Assembly: GCA_902785275.1 (NCBI GenBank)
Contig: CACZYB010000001.1
Location: forward strand, 1 to 64,000
DNA length: 64,000 nucleotides
From: an uncultured Pseudomonadota bacterium
GTDB lineage: Bacteria > Pseudomonadota > Alphaproteobacteria > Rs-D84 > CACZYB01
Direction: 5' to 3'
Part shown: in pieces, positions 9,459-20,230 of the stretch
Layout: each line of letters starts with the position of its first letter
How positions within the stretch are numbered: the first letter of the stretch is position 1
Notes under the pieces: generated by a model
The model's database searches: none
The model's input: only the letters and a program-made list of their open reading frames with translations
What the model was told of the DNA's origin: nothing
Program-made: the position numbers and the translations under genes

Positions 9459-9872
9459 ATGATTATAGATATAACAAAAAAATCCGATACAATAAATTTT
9501 GCAAAAGATTTTGCTAAAAAAGTTGCATGTGGCACCCCTATCCTACTTTACGGAACACTTGGTTGCGGAAAAACTTTTTTCACATCAAATCTAATAAAAG
9601 AATTAGATTCTTCTATAACCGAAGTCCCAAGCCCAACTTTTTCCATAGTACAAAATTACACAACACCTGTCGGTGAAATTTCTCATTACGATTTATACAG
9701 AATTAAGGATGCCGAAGAATTATATGAACTTGATATTGATAATGCACTTAGAAACAATATCACAATAATCGAATGGCCCGAAATCATCGAAGACTATATC
9801 ATGGAAAACTTTAATCCAATATGTCTTCATTTTTCCTATGAAAACGGGAAAAGAAGTATCACAATAAAATAG
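9459..9872 (+). CDS. tsaE: tRNA threonylcarbamoyladenosine biosynthesis ATPase TsaE
   Basis: G.LGCGKT, VPSPTF, HYDLYR, IIEWPE. ATG 9459 lies just after the lolA stop. Confidence 0.93.
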   Translation: MIIDITKKSDTINFAKDFAKKVACGTPILLYGTLGCGKTFFTSNLIKELDSSITEVPSPTFSIVQNYTTPVGEISHYDLYRIKDAEELYELDIDNALRNNITIIEWPEIIEDYIMENFNPICLHFSYENGKRSITIK

Positions 9873-9979
9873 TTTTTCAATTCAATATTTTGTAAAAAAT
9901 TTTCAATATATACTCCTAGCATACTTTTCATTTTTAAATTAGTATTAATACATAATAACAAAATATGAAAGGTAGATAA

Positions 9980-11032
9980 ATGTCAAACACAGAAAACCTT
10001 TTTGAAAAAGAAATTCCATTCAATTTATCATTACCAAAACAACTTAAATTAACACCAACAACAAAACTTTTCATATACATTCCAAACTATACACAAATAC
10101 AAATATTCCATGGGAAAAATTTTGAAAATGGCTTTTGGTCAATAAGATACGATGAACTTGAAAACCTTAAATTCATAACAAAAAAAGATATATCATTTTT
10201 CCAATTCCTTATAATACACAAAAATCCATCAGAAGAAGAAATAGTAAGCAACGTATACTACCAAGATAAAAAATTCTTTCTTGGTCCATTTATAACAGCA
10301 GAAGCCACAATCATAGACGAAGAAAACATAAACATCCGAATAAAATGCATGTGTAATCCAAAAGAAACCATCTTTGAAATCTCTGGTATCCCCGAAGATG
10401 CAATTCTTTCATTTGGGCAAAAAACCGAAGATGATGTTTGGGTTATAAAAGATATGCACTGCAAAAACCTTTTACTAAAATTAAATAAAAACATCTCCAG
10501 AAACAGATTAAATTTATCAATAACAGGGATAAACAAATCATCCCCACGTTTCAACACAACCTTTAATCTTATAATAAATTTAAAAGAACCACTAATCCCA
10601 TACAAAACAAAATACAAAGAAATAAAAATCCCAGTCCAAGAAATTCTAAATGAATCAAAACTAAGATACGATACATATATACTTTCAGTAAAAGACATTC
10701 CCGAAAATTGTTGTGTATTAGATGGAAAAATCATTGATGATAAATGGTTGGTAGAAGATACAAAAAACAAAGAAATAACACTACAATATTTCAACATAAA
10801 CGCAAAAGAAATTTCCGTAACTTTGGAATTTATTTTAATAAACAAAGCTTTTCCAAGCATAGATAACACCTATATCAAAAAATTAAAATACGACCTTACT
10901 TGCTCCGACATAAAAACAAAGAACTATACACAATGCATATCATGCAAAAACCTATCAAAATGCAAATTGTTCAAAGAATTTATGGATTACATAGGAAACA
11001 CAACAATTCTTCGCCATATAATCCCAAAATAA
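9980..11032 (+). CDS. Hypothetical protein with three degenerate Ig-like/adhesin-type repeats and a C-terminal Cys cluster
   Basis: Repeated I-P-x6-8-G-x4-5-(G/D)-x-W motif, best copy ISGIPEDAILSFGQKTEDDVWVI. C-terminal CISCKNLSKC. Confidence 0.6.
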   Translation: MSNTENLFEKEIPFNLSLPKQLKLTPTTKLFIYIPNYTQIQIFHGKNFENGFWSIRYDELENLKFITKKDISFFQFLIIHKNPSEEEIVSNVYYQDKKFFLGPFITAEATIIDEENINIRIKCMCNPKETIFEISGIPEDAILSFGQKTEDDVWVIKDMHCKNLLLKLNKNISRNRLNLSITGINKSSPRFNTTFNLIINLKEPLIPYKTKYKEIKIPVQEILNESKLRYDTYILSVKDIPENCCVLDGKIIDDKWLVEDTKNKEITLQYFNINAKEISVTLEFILINKAFPSIDNTYIKKLKYDLTCSDIKTKNYTQCISCKNLSKCKLFKEFMDYIGNTTILRHIIPK

Positions 11033-11269
11033 AGGCAAAAAATTTTTGCGATTCGCAAACAAAAATTCATCAAAAAAAATAAAAAATCACACCAAAAATT
11101 CAATAGTCCAAAATTCGTCAATTTTTCAATTTTTAACATATTGATTTTACGAATGTTTTTGCTCCATTTTTTCCAATAAATTTTATTTTCAAATTAAGCC
11201 TTTTTTCCTTGCTTTTACAACTTATTTTTGCTAGGATTTTTCTATAAAATTTCAATATAAAAAAGGAGA

Positions 11270-14137
11270 ATGAAATTGGATAATCAAAACGAAAATTTGA
11301 ATTCTGCAAATAACAATTCAAGCATTAAACTTGCACCTATCGTTCATGAAATGCAGACATCATATCTTGACTATGCTATGTCTGTTATTATATCTCGTGC
11401 AATACCTGATGTCCGCGATGGATTAAAGCCTGTTCACAGACGAATAATCTACTCCATGAAGGAAAATGGATTTGAATACGGTAAACCATTTAAAAAATCC
11501 GCACGTATAGTCGGAGATGTTATGGGTAAATACCATCCACATGGTGACTCCTCCATTTACGATGCTATGGTTCACATGAGTCAAGACTTCTCAATGGGTA
11601 TCCCAATGATTGATGGTCAAGGTAACTTTGGTTCTATGGATGGTGATAGTGCTGCTGCTATGCGTTATACCGAAGCTCGTATGTCAAAAGCTGCCGCATA
11701 TATGGTTGAAGATTTGGATAAAGATACCGTTGAATGGCGTCCAAACTATGATGAATCCACACGTGAACCAGAAGTTCTTCCATGTCGTTTTCCAAATTTA
11801 CTCGTAAATGGTTGCGGTGGTATCGCCGTTGGTATGGCAACAAACATTCCAACACACAACCTTGGTGAAATAATTGATGCATGTTGTGCAACTATTGATA
11901 ATCCTGAAATTTCAATCGATGAACTTATAAAATACGTACCTGCACCTGATTTCCCAACCGGTGGTTTAATTCTTGGTGTTGCTGGCTCATACAGTGCATA
12001 CACAACAGGTCGTGGTTCTGTTATCATTCGTGCAAAAACACACTTCGAAGAAATCAGAACAAAAACTGCAATCATCGTTGATGAAATTCCTTTCCAAGTA
12101 AACAAGAAAGTTATGATTGAAAAAATCGCTGAACTTGTAAAAGATAAACGTATCGAAGGTATTTCTGATATCCGTGATGAATCTTCACGTCAAGGTGTTC
12201 GTGTTGTTATAGAACTTAAAAAAGATGCAATCGCAGATATTATCTTAAATCAACTTTACAAATATTCACAATTACAGGTTTCTTTCGGTATCAATATGCT
12301 TGCAATTAATAAGGGACGTCCAAGCTTGATGAACCTTAAGCAAATTATTGAATCATTCATTGAATTCCGTGAAGAAGTTATCCGTAACAGAACAGTATTT
12401 GATTTGAATAAAGCAAGAAACAAAGCTCATATCTTGGTTGGTCTTTCAATAACTGTTGCAAACATCGATGAAGTTATTGCATTAATCCGCAGTGCAAAAG
12501 ATCCAAACGATGCAAAGGATAAATTGATGGCTCGTGATTGGAAAGCAGATAATATGCAACCACTTATCGACTTAATCGATGATCCAAACAGCAAAATTAT
12601 AAACGGCACATACCGTCTTTCCGAAGCTCAAGCAAAAGCAATCCTTGAATTAAAACTTCACAGATTGACTGGTCTTGAACAAGACAAGCTTGCCGAAGAA
12701 ATTAAGGCAACTGGTCTTGACATCCAAGAATACCTTTCAATTTTGGATAACCGTGAAAAACTTATGTCTATCATGAAGGGTGAACTTCTTGAAGTAAAAG
12801 AAAAATTCGCAACTCCAAGAAAGACCGAAGTTATTCCATCCGAATTCGAAACAGATATCGAAGATTTAATTGCAAAAGAAGATATGGCTATCACTATTAC
12901 AAATACTGGCTACATCAAACGTGTTGCATTAAATGTATATAAAGCTCAAAACCGTGGTGGAAAAGGCCGTACTGGCATGAATACAAAAGAAGAAGATTTT
13001 GTAACAAACGTATTTGTTGCAAACACACATACACCACTTATTTTCTTCTCTAATAAAGGTATTGCATATCAAATGAAAGTTTACAGACTTCCACTTTGCA
13101 CACCACAATCTGTTGGAAAGGCGTTAATCAACCTTCTTCCACTTGAACAAGGTGAAACAATTTCAACTGTTATGCCACTTCCAGAAAACGAAGAAGAATG
13201 GTCAAATCTTTATGTAATGTTTGCAACATCAAAGGGTACAGTTCGTCGTAACCGTCTATCCGACTTCTTAAACATCCGTCAAAACGGAAAGATTGCAATG
13301 AAGTTCGAAGAAGAAGGTGAAGAACTTGTTTCTGTTTGCCCATGTCAAGAAGACCAAGATGTTCTTCTTACACTTCGTGGTGGAAAGTGTATCCGCTTCC
13401 CAGTTCCAGAAGTTCGTGTTTTCCAAAGCCGTAACTCAACTGGTATCCGTGGTATAAAAGTAGAAAATGGCGATAAGGTTATTTCTATGTCAATTATCAA
13501 CCATAACGAAATTGATAATGATACACGTGCCGCATACTTAAAGCTTTCACGTGCACTTCGCAAAACAGACGGCGAAGATTTGGATGGTGAAGAAATTCTT
13601 GAAACAACAAAGACTTTAAGTGATGAAGAATTCAAAGCTTTAGCTGAAAAAGAACAATTTATCTTAACCGTAACAGAAACAGGTTTCGGTAAACGTACAT
13701 CATCTTATGAATACAGAATTACACACCGTGGTGGTTCTGGTATTGCAAACATCAAGATTGCCGGAAAGACAAAAGCTGTTGTATCATCATTCCCAATTGA
13801 AGAAGATAAAAACATCCTTATGGTAACAGATGGTGGAAAGATGATTCGTCTTGGCGTAAACAAAATACGTATCGCCGGCCGTCAAACAATGGGTGTAACA
13901 CTCTTTAAGACTGCAGAAGATGAAAAAGTTGTATCCGTTGCTGTTGCTGAACAAAATGATGAAGAAGAAACTCCTGTTGAACAAGATAATAATCAAGTTT
14001 CAAATACAGAAGTAACATCTCAACCAACAGAAATTTCTGAAACACAAACTTCAGAAACAATCTCAGAAGTTGAAAATATTGAAACTTCATCTGAAGAAAA
14101 AAAACAATCCGAACCAAAGACAGATTTATTTGAATAG
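11270..14137 (+). CDS. gyrA: DNA gyrase subunit A
   Basis: [23 protein letters not shown], GyrA box QNRGGKG, acidic tail. Confidence 0.98.
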   Translation: MKLDNQNENLNSANNNSSIKLAPIVHEMQTSYLDYAMSVIISRAIPDVRDGLKPVHRRIIYSMKENGFEYGKPFKKSARIVGDVMGKYHPHGDSSIYDAMVHMSQDFSMGIPMIDGQGNFGSMDGDSAAAMRYTEARMSKAAAYMVEDLDKDTVEWRPNYDESTREPEVLPCRFPNLLVNGCGGIAVGMATNIPTHNLGEIIDACCATIDNPEISIDELIKYVPAPDFPTGGLILGVAGSYSAYTTGRGSVIIRAKTHFEEIRTKTAIIVDEIPFQVNKKVMIEKIAELVKDKRIEGISDIRDESSRQGVRVVIELKKDAIADIILNQLYKYSQLQVSFGINMLAINKGRPSLMNLKQIIESFIEFREEVIRNRTVFDLNKARNKAHILVGLSITVANIDEVIALIRSAKDPNDAKDKLMARDWKADNMQPLIDLIDDPNSKIINGTYRLSEAQAKAILELKLHRLTGLEQDKLAEEIKATGLDIQEYLSILDNREKLMSIMKGELLEVKEKFATPRKTEVIPSEFETDIEDLIAKEDMAITITNTGYIKRVALNVYKAQNRGGKGRTGMNTKEEDFVTNVFVANTHTPLIFFSNKGIAYQMKVYRLPLCTPQSVGKALINLLPLEQGETISTVMPLPENEEEWSNLYVMFATSKGTVRRNRLSDFLNIRQNGKIAMKFEEEGEELVSVCPCQEDQDVLLTLRGGKCIRFPVPEVRVFQSRNSTGIRGIKVENGDKVISMSIINHNEIDNDTRAAYLKLSRALRKTDGEDLDGEEILETTKTLSDEEFKALAEKEQFILTVTETGFGKRTSSYEYRITHRGGSGIANIKIAGKTKAVVSSFPIEEDKNILMVTDGGKMIRLGVNKIRIAGRQTMGVTLFKTAEDEKVVSVAVAEQNDEEETPVEQDNNQVSNTEVTSQPTEISETQTSETISEVENIETSSEEKKQSEPKTDLFE

Positions 14138-14147
14138 GAGATAAATC

Positions 14148-14456
14148 TTGTTTGGTATAGGTTGTAACGAACTACTTATTATAATACTACTGATGGTTAT
14201 ATTCATAAAACCAAAGGATATACCATCAGTGGTAAATTTTATTACAAAGTGTTATAAAAAGGTTCGAAAATTTGTCTCAGAAGTAAGGGCGCAAATTAAA
14301 AATATAACCTCTGAAATCACAGAAACCAGCGATGATATAGAAGAAAGCTTTCACGAAAAAATTGAAAAACTTCGTCTTGAAATAAACAACGAACCTGATT
14401 TTTTCGATTTATCACCAAAGCTTAAAATTGATAAAAAAGAAAAGAGTAAAAAATAA
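14148..14456 (+). CDS. tatB: Twin-arginine translocase TatB
   Basis: MFGIG..ELLII......I.PKDIP; directly upstream of tatC; TTG start. Confidence 0.85.
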   Translation: MFGIGCNELLIIILLMVIFIKPKDIPSVVNFITKCYKKVRKFVSEVRAQIKNITSEITETSDDIEESFHEKIEKLRLEINNEPDFFDLSPKLKIDKKEKSKK

Positions 14457-14458
14457 AA

Positions 14459-15199
14459 ATGCAAAACGAAAAACTTCCTGAATTATCTCTACTTGATCAT
14501 CTTAATGAATTAAGACAAAGAATAATTCATTGCCTTATATTTTTTGCAATTGCATTTATTTTTTGCTACAGCTTCAAAGAAGAAATTTACAACTTAATAA
14601 CATACCCTCTAATAAATACATTACAAACATCACATTCTAATGCAAAACTTATTTATACAAAGGTAACCGAAAATTTTATATCAACATTTTCAATAATAAT
14701 TTCATCGGCAATCTTTGTATCAATTCCATATTGGGCAATAGAGCTTTGGTTATTCATCACCCCTGCTCTTTACAAGGATGAAAAAAAATTCTTCTTCCCT
14801 TACATATTTTTAACACCAATTTTATTTTTGTGCGGTGTAATTTTCTGTTATTTTTTGGTACTTCCACAGGCATTCGAGTTTTTCATAACATTTGGTCAAA
14901 GTGGTCGTGACATACCACTTCAATTCCAAGCAAAGATAACAGATTATATCGATTTCACAACATCACTTTTAAATGCATTCGGTATATGTTTCTTAACCCC
15001 AATTTTCTTGGTTCTACTTGTAAAATTTGGTTTATTAAGTCGTGAAACATTAAAGAAAAATCGAAAATATGCAATTGTTTTAATATTTACAATTTCTGCA
15101 ATTTTAACACCCCCTGATGTGTTTTCACAAATAATTTTGGCACTACCACTTATTGGCATGTACGAAATTTCAATACTCCTTTCAAAAAAGAGTAAATAA
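14459..15199 (+). CDS. tatC: Twin-arginine translocase TatC
   Basis: LLDHLNELRQR, FITPALYKDEKK, SAILTPPDVFSQ. Confidence 0.96.
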   Translation: MQNEKLPELSLLDHLNELRQRIIHCLIFFAIAFIFCYSFKEEIYNLITYPLINTLQTSHSNAKLIYTKVTENFISTFSIIISSAIFVSIPYWAIELWLFITPALYKDEKKFFFPYIFLTPILFLCGVIFCYFLVLPQAFEFFITFGQSGRDIPLQFQAKITDYIDFTTSLLNAFGICFLTPIFLVLLVKFGLLSRETLKKNRKYAIVLIFTISAILTPPDVFSQIILALPLIGMYEISILLSKKSK

Positions 15200-15237
15200 A
15201 GATAGATTTTATTTTCATTTTGTTGTATTATAAAAGT

Positions 15238-17190
15238 ATGAGAGAAAAAAGTCTTAAAATTATAGTTAAAAGTTTACTTTTTCCAATGGGGGCAAACCTT
15301 ATTGGATGTACACAAATTTACAGAAGACCAACTTCACTTGTGTATCCAAAGGCTCAACAATCTCAATCAAATTATTCTGCGTATCAGTCAAACTACGGAT
15401 ATTATCAAACACCTGTAACAAATCAAACGTTTGATACAACTTCTCAAGCCCAAGGATATCAACAGGTTCCACAACAAAATTATACTCAACAACCTTATGT
15501 TCAAAGGCAAAATTTTGCACCACAACAAAAAATTCAAACAACCGCTTTAACTACACAAAAGTCAAGCGAACAAGAATATTTCGAAACAAATATTCCAAGT
15601 AAACAAAATATAAATACAAACACTCAAACTCCTCAACCTGTAAAAAAAGAAGATGTAATTCTAGAGGAAGTAATTTACATTCCATCGGCACTTCAAACAA
15701 CACCTGTTGATGAAATCGAAATTTTAAGTGAGTCAAAGGCTCCTGTTCCAGTAGCGGTATCTACTCCTATTCCTACTCCAGTCCCTGCACCTGCACCAAT
15801 ACCTGCACAAACAGTTGCACCAACTCAAACAAATACAGAAAAGGTTGATAACAAAGTTGAAAATACAAACGTTGAAAAAAAAGTCTTACCAACAACTTTG
15901 TCTGCTACTCAAAAAACAAATACAGTTGTTGAAAAAACACAACAAATAAATACACAAATCAAACCTATTGTTACACAAAATATTGCACCAGTACCTACTG
16001 ATACAACAAAAAAGCAAACAACCGTAACAACACAAAATACAAAAAATGAAAAACTCCATGAACCACAAAAACCAAAAACAATAAAGGTATATAAAGGAGA
16101 TACTCTCTACTCTATCGCTCAACGTTATAATATAAAGGTTTACGATTTGGCCGATCATAATAAATTAAAGGCACCATTCACACTTAAGCCTGGTCAAACA
16201 ATCGAAATTCCTGGGGAAAAAACTACAAAACCGGTAAGGGCTCCTGAAATAATAACAAACCTTAACGTTACAAAAACATTTATAGAAGAACCAAAGAAAG
16301 ATTTCGTAACAGTTAAAAAAGGCGATACAATTTACTCTATCGCAAAGCAAAATAATGTTCCTTTAAAAGATATTATTTTAAGAAATAATTTAACTGCACC
16401 ATACACACTTTCTATTGGTGAAAAAATCTATATTCCAAATACTGCATTCCATATTGTAAAGGCACAAGATACAGCATACAGTATTTCTCGAAAGTATAAC
16501 GTAAACTTAAATTCTTTGGTAAAACTTAATAAACTTACCGAACCATACACCCTTACAATAGGTCAAAAAATTTTGCTTCCTGCAACAAACGTAAATATTG
16601 TTCAAAAACAAATAAAATATGTCGTAAAGGATAAGGAAACTGCAAAAACTGTTCAACCTTCCGCACATGAAGAAGTAAAAGAAGTTGCAAAGATTCGCAT
16701 TGCAGAAAAACAAAAGATTGAAGAAAAACCAAAACCAATTCAAACAAAAACTGAAATTGCAAAACAAGAAATTATTAAAAGCATTATCGTAAAGCCAGAA
16801 CCACTTACATCAAAACGTTTCTTATGGCCACTTAATGGAAAGGTTATTTCATACTATGGTGTAAAAAATAATGGTAAACGAAATGACGGTATAAACATAT
16901 CAGCAAAACTTGGCTCTCCGGTTATTGCTGCGGAAAATGGAATTGTTGCATACGCCGGAAATGAGTTAAAGGGTCTTGGAAACCTTATAATAATAAAGCA
17001 TGATAAGGATTATATGACTATCTATGCCCACAACGAAACAATCCTTGTTCGAAAGGGTGATATGGTAAAGCGTGGCGATAACATCGCAACTGTTGGAAAA
17101 ACCGGCCGTGTTACAACACCACAACTCCATTTTGAAATCCGTGAAAAGACAAGATCGATAAACCCATCTGATGTCTTGGAAAAGAAATAA
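15238..17190 (+). CDS. Multi-LysM, M23-fold murein hydrolase activator (NlpD/DipM-like)
   Basis: Gln/Pro/Thr-rich N-terminus, at least three LysM repeats (V.KGDT.YSIA). C-terminal M23 domain NDGINI...YAH...PQLHFEIR has N in place of the first metal-binding His, as in NlpD/DipM. Confidence 0.88.
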   Translation: MREKSLKIIVKSLLFPMGANLIGCTQIYRRPTSLVYPKAQQSQSNYSAYQSNYGYYQTPVTNQTFDTTSQAQGYQQVPQQNYTQQPYVQRQNFAPQQKIQTTALTTQKSSEQEYFETNIPSKQNINTNTQTPQPVKKEDVILEEVIYIPSALQTTPVDEIEILSESKAPVPVAVSTPIPTPVPAPAPIPAQTVAPTQTNTEKVDNKVENTNVEKKVLPTTLSATQKTNTVVEKTQQINTQIKPIVTQNIAPVPTDTTKKQTTVTTQNTKNEKLHEPQKPKTIKVYKGDTLYSIAQRYNIKVYDLADHNKLKAPFTLKPGQTIEIPGEKTTKPVRAPEIITNLNVTKTFIEEPKKDFVTVKKGDTIYSIAKQNNVPLKDIILRNNLTAPYTLSIGEKIYIPNTAFHIVKAQDTAYSISRKYNVNLNSLVKLNKLTEPYTLTIGQKILLPATNVNIVQKQIKYVVKDKETAKTVQPSAHEEVKEVAKIRIAEKQKIEEKPKPIQTKTEIAKQEIIKSIIVKPEPLTSKRFLWPLNGKVISYYGVKNNGKRNDGINISAKLGSPVIAAENGIVAYAGNELKGLGNLIIIKHDKDYMTIYAHNETILVRKGDMVKRGDNIATVGKTGRVTTPQLHFEIREKTRSINPSDVLEKK

Positions 17191-17269
17191 ATCTTATCCG
17201 AATTTAAACCTATATCCAAACACAAAAATTTACCCTATCCTTAAATAAAAAAAACAAAGGGAGGTAAAT

Positions 17270-17467
17270 ATGAGAAATAGTCGATTCGTAAAAGCATTCA
17301 TCTGTATAAACATAATACTAATTGCAATAACAATAATTGCTGTTGCACATGCAAACACAACTATCACCAGAAAACAAAACATCATAATAAAAACAAAAGA
17401 CAAAGCATCCGCAAAAAAATTAAAATCAGATATTGATAAAAAGATTATATCATCCACACAACAATAA
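17270..17467 (+). CDS. Small hypothetical exported protein
   Basis: GGAGG SD; signal-peptide-like N-terminus ending AHA. Confidence 0.5.
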   Translation: MRNSRFVKAFICINIILIAITIIAVAHANTTITRKQNIIIKTKDKASAKKLKSDIDKKIISSTQQ

Positions 17468-17525
17468 CATTGAATTTTTTCCCAAAAAGTTTTATACTCT
17501 AAAAACAAAACAAAGGAGTATAAAA

Positions 17526-18488
17526 ATGATATTAGTAATGGGTGGTGCAGGATATATTGGTTCACACACTGTAAAACATTTAATCGAAAACGGATACGAA
17601 GTTGTCGTTGCTGATAACCTTTCTATGGGTCATCGTGAAGCTGTTACAACACCTCATTTTGAAATTGCTGATTTGGCTGATAAAGACTCTCTTGACCGTG
17701 TTTTCAAAAAATATAAAATCGATGCTGTTATCCATTTTGCTGCATTCATCGCAGTTGGCGAAAGTGTCGAAAACCCTGCTAAATACTACCGCAACAATGT
17801 CGTTGGTACAATAAATTTGCTTGATGTAATGCTTGCAAACAATGTAAAAAATATAGTATTCTCATCTACTGCTGCTGTATTCGGAAACCCAGAATACACT
17901 CCTATTGATGAGGCACACAAAACATCACCAATCAACCCTTATGGCTGGACAAAGTTGATGATTGAAAAAATCTTTGCCGACTATCACACTGCATACGGAT
18001 TAAACTACATCGCACTTCGTTATTTCAATGCAAGTGGTTGTTCAACCGACGTCACAATAGGTGAAAGCCATAATCCAGAAACACACCTTATACCTTTGGT
18101 ACTTAAGGCAATAAAGGGTGACCGTGCAAATATAAAGGTATTCGGAACAGACTATAATACACCTGATGGAACATGCATCCGTGATTATATACACGTTGAA
18201 GATTTGGCTCTTGCTCACCACCTTGCAATTGAAAATATATCAAAATTCAGCGGTGTAATAAACCTTGGGACAAGCACCGGAACAAGTGTAAAAGAAATTA
18301 TAAGTATTGCTGAAAAGATTACAGGTAGTCCATGTCCAACAGTATATGAAGCACGTCGTGCCGGTGACCCAGCAATCCTTTGCGCTGATAATAAAAAGGC
18401 AGGAGAAATACTTGGCTGGCACCCAACCCACACAATGGAAGATATTATAAAAACTGCATGGAATTGGGAATTAAATAAAAAGTATTAA
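17526..18488 (+). CDS. galE: UDP-glucose 4-epimerase
   Basis: GGAGYIGSH, FSSTAAVFG, YGWTK, LRYFN, TPDGTCIRDYIHV. AAGGAG SD before ATG 17526. Confidence 0.95.
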   Translation: MILVMGGAGYIGSHTVKHLIENGYEVVVADNLSMGHREAVTTPHFEIADLADKDSLDRVFKKYKIDAVIHFAAFIAVGESVENPAKYYRNNVVGTINLLDVMLANNVKNIVFSSTAAVFGNPEYTPIDEAHKTSPINPYGWTKLMIEKIFADYHTAYGLNYIALRYFNASGCSTDVTIGESHNPETHLIPLVLKAIKGDRANIKVFGTDYNTPDGTCIRDYIHVEDLALAHHLAIENISKFSGVINLGTSTGTSVKEIISIAEKITGSPCPTVYEARRAGDPAILCADNKKAGEILGWHPTHTMEDIIKTAWNWELNKKY

Positions 18489-18505
18489 TGGAAATTAATA
18501 CTTGC

Positions 18506-19273
18506 TTATTCCGCATCGTTTTCTTTATTAGCATTGTCCCAAACGAGGTTATAGGCTTCGTTTGTTTTTTTATCTTTGCCAAGTTTTAGTTTATGAATAA
18601 ATTCAGAATGAATTGCAATTTCGCTTTCGCTTGCAAGAAAGTGTCTTGATTCGTGGAAATCACCATGTTCAATTAAAACAGGGGTATCCACCGAAGCTCC
18701 AGATGATACATTATTCATTTCATCTTGTTGTTTAAAGAAATCAACTTCCTTTCCACCAAGAAGTTCAATATAAACTTCGGCAAGTAATCTGGCATCAAGA
18801 AGAGCTCCGTGCAAATCACGATTTGAATTATCAATACCATATCTTACGCAAAGTGCATCCAAGTTATGCTTTGCAAGATGAGGATTCTTTTTTCGGGAAA
18901 TAGCAAGTGTATCAACCATTCTATCCCATGAAATTTCTTCTATCCCAAGACGACGAAATTCGGCATTGATAAAATTGATATCGAAAACAGCATTGTGCGC
19001 AACCATTTTTGCGTCACCAATGAATTTCACAAAATCATTCGCAATTTCGGCAAACTTTGGTTTATCAGATAAGAATTCAGTCGTTAAACCGTGAACCTTT
19101 ACCACAACATCAGGAACTTCACGTTCTGGATTTATATAACAGTGAAATGTTTTTCCGGTTGGAGTATGATTTATCATCTCAATACAACCAATTTCAATAA
19201 CCCTGTCATCACCGGAATAATTAAGTCCTGTGGTTTCGGTATCAAATACTATTTCTCTTAAACTTTCAGCCAT
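18506..19273 (-). CDS. dnaQ: DNA polymerase III subunit epsilon
   Basis: REIVFDTETTGL, AHNA.FD, HGALLDA.LLAEVY.EL.GG. Confidence 0.95.
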   Translation of the reverse strand: MAESLREIVFDTETTGLNYSGDDRVIEIGCIEMINHTPTGKTFHCYINPEREVPDVVVKVHGLTTEFLSDKPKFAEIANDFVKFIGDAKMVAHNAVFDINFINAEFRRLGIEEISWDRMVDTLAISRKKNPHLAKHNLDALCVRYGIDNSNRDLHGALLDARLLAEVYIELLGGKEVDFFKQQDEMNNVSSGASVDTPVLIEHGDFHESRHFLASESEIAIHSEFIHKLKLGKDKKTNEAYNLVWDNANKENDAE

Positions 19274-19332
19274 AATGAAACATTTTACAAAGAATATAGA
19301 ATTTTTGCAAGGAAGTTTTTTAACTTTAAATA

Positions 19333-19361
19333 TTGCCTTTTACTCTGGTATATCTTATAAT
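19333..19361 (+). promoter_or_regulatory. Sigma70-type promoter of ndk-xseB
   Basis: TTGCCT-N17-TATAAT. Confidence 0.6.
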
Positions 19362-19391
19362 GACAATATATTAACATGAAAGGAGATTATT

Positions 19392-19934
19392 ATGATTGAA
19401 AGAACACTTGTTATTTTAAAACCAGATGCTGTAAAAAGAAAGCTTTGCGGAAAAATTATTTCCATTTTTGAAGAAGCTGGATTTGATATAATTGCAACAA
19501 AAATGACTGTTGCACCAAAAGAACTCTTGGAAAGACATTACCCAAGTAATAATAAGTGGTATACTTCAGTTGGTAATAAATCCATTGATAATTTCAAAGA
19601 AGTTGGTCTTGATATAAAAGATGTTATGGGTACCGATGATCCATTGGAAATTGGTAAAACTGTTAAAAAATGGTTAGTTGACTATATGACCTCAGGTCCT
19701 GTACTTGCAATGGTATTGGAAGGCAATAACGCAATTAAAAATGTAAGAAAGATGTGCGGAAATACTATTCCATCAAATGCTGATCCTTCAACAATTCGTG
19801 GAAGATTTTCAATCGATTCATCCGATCTTGCAAATGGTGAACACAGACCAGTAAGAAACCTTATTCACGCAAGTGGTGAACCAGAAGAAGCAAAATATGA
19901 AATTTCTCTTTGGTTTGGAAGTGAGAACGCATAA
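19392..19934 (+). CDS. ndk: Nucleoside diphosphate kinase, long insertion-bearing form
   Basis: [35 protein letters not shown]. Confidence 0.95.
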   Translation: MIERTLVILKPDAVKRKLCGKIISIFEEAGFDIIATKMTVAPKELLERHYPSNNKWYTSVGNKSIDNFKEVGLDIKDVMGTDDPLEIGKTVKKWLVDYMTSGPVLAMVLEGNNAIKNVRKMCGNTIPSNADPSTIRGRFSIDSSDLANGEHRPVRNLIHASGEPEEAKYEISLWFGSENA

Positions 19935-20182
19935 TGTTTGAAGATATTAAAAATTTAGGTTTTGAAGAAAGTTTGGCAGAGCTTGAATCCATTATAAAGA
20001 AAATGGAAAATGGCGATATAAAACTTTCCCAATCCGTTGAATTTTATGAACGTGGTATTGCTTTAAAAAATCATTGTGAAGATATTTTAAAGGAAGCAAA
20101 GTTGAAAATCGAAAAAATACAACTTAAGCCAACCGTAAATGGTGACAATGAATTTCAAACAACACCATTTGAAATAAAATAA
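19934..20182 (+). CDS. xseB: Exodeoxyribonuclease VII small subunit
   Basis: [14 protein letters not shown]...L.QS...YERG..L..HC...L.EA.LKI. Confidence 0.93.
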   Translation: MFEDIKNLGFEESLAELESIIKKMENGDIKLSQSVEFYERGIALKNHCEDILKEAKLKIEKIQLKPTVNGDNEFQTTPFEIK

Positions 20183-20201
20183 ATACAAAAGGTTAAATAA
20201 A

Positions 20202-20230
20202 AAAAGCATCAATGAAAAATTGGTGCTTTT
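20202..20230. terminator. Bidirectional terminator xseB/virD4
   Basis: AAAAGCATCAAT-GAAAA-ATTGGTGCTTTT. Confidence 0.7.

Noticed and set aside
10258-10869. 203-aa antisense ORF, and similar antisense ORFs over ftsK, gyrA, alaS, rluD and ftsX
   Set aside because: Antisense shadows caused by codon bias; no SD or motifs.
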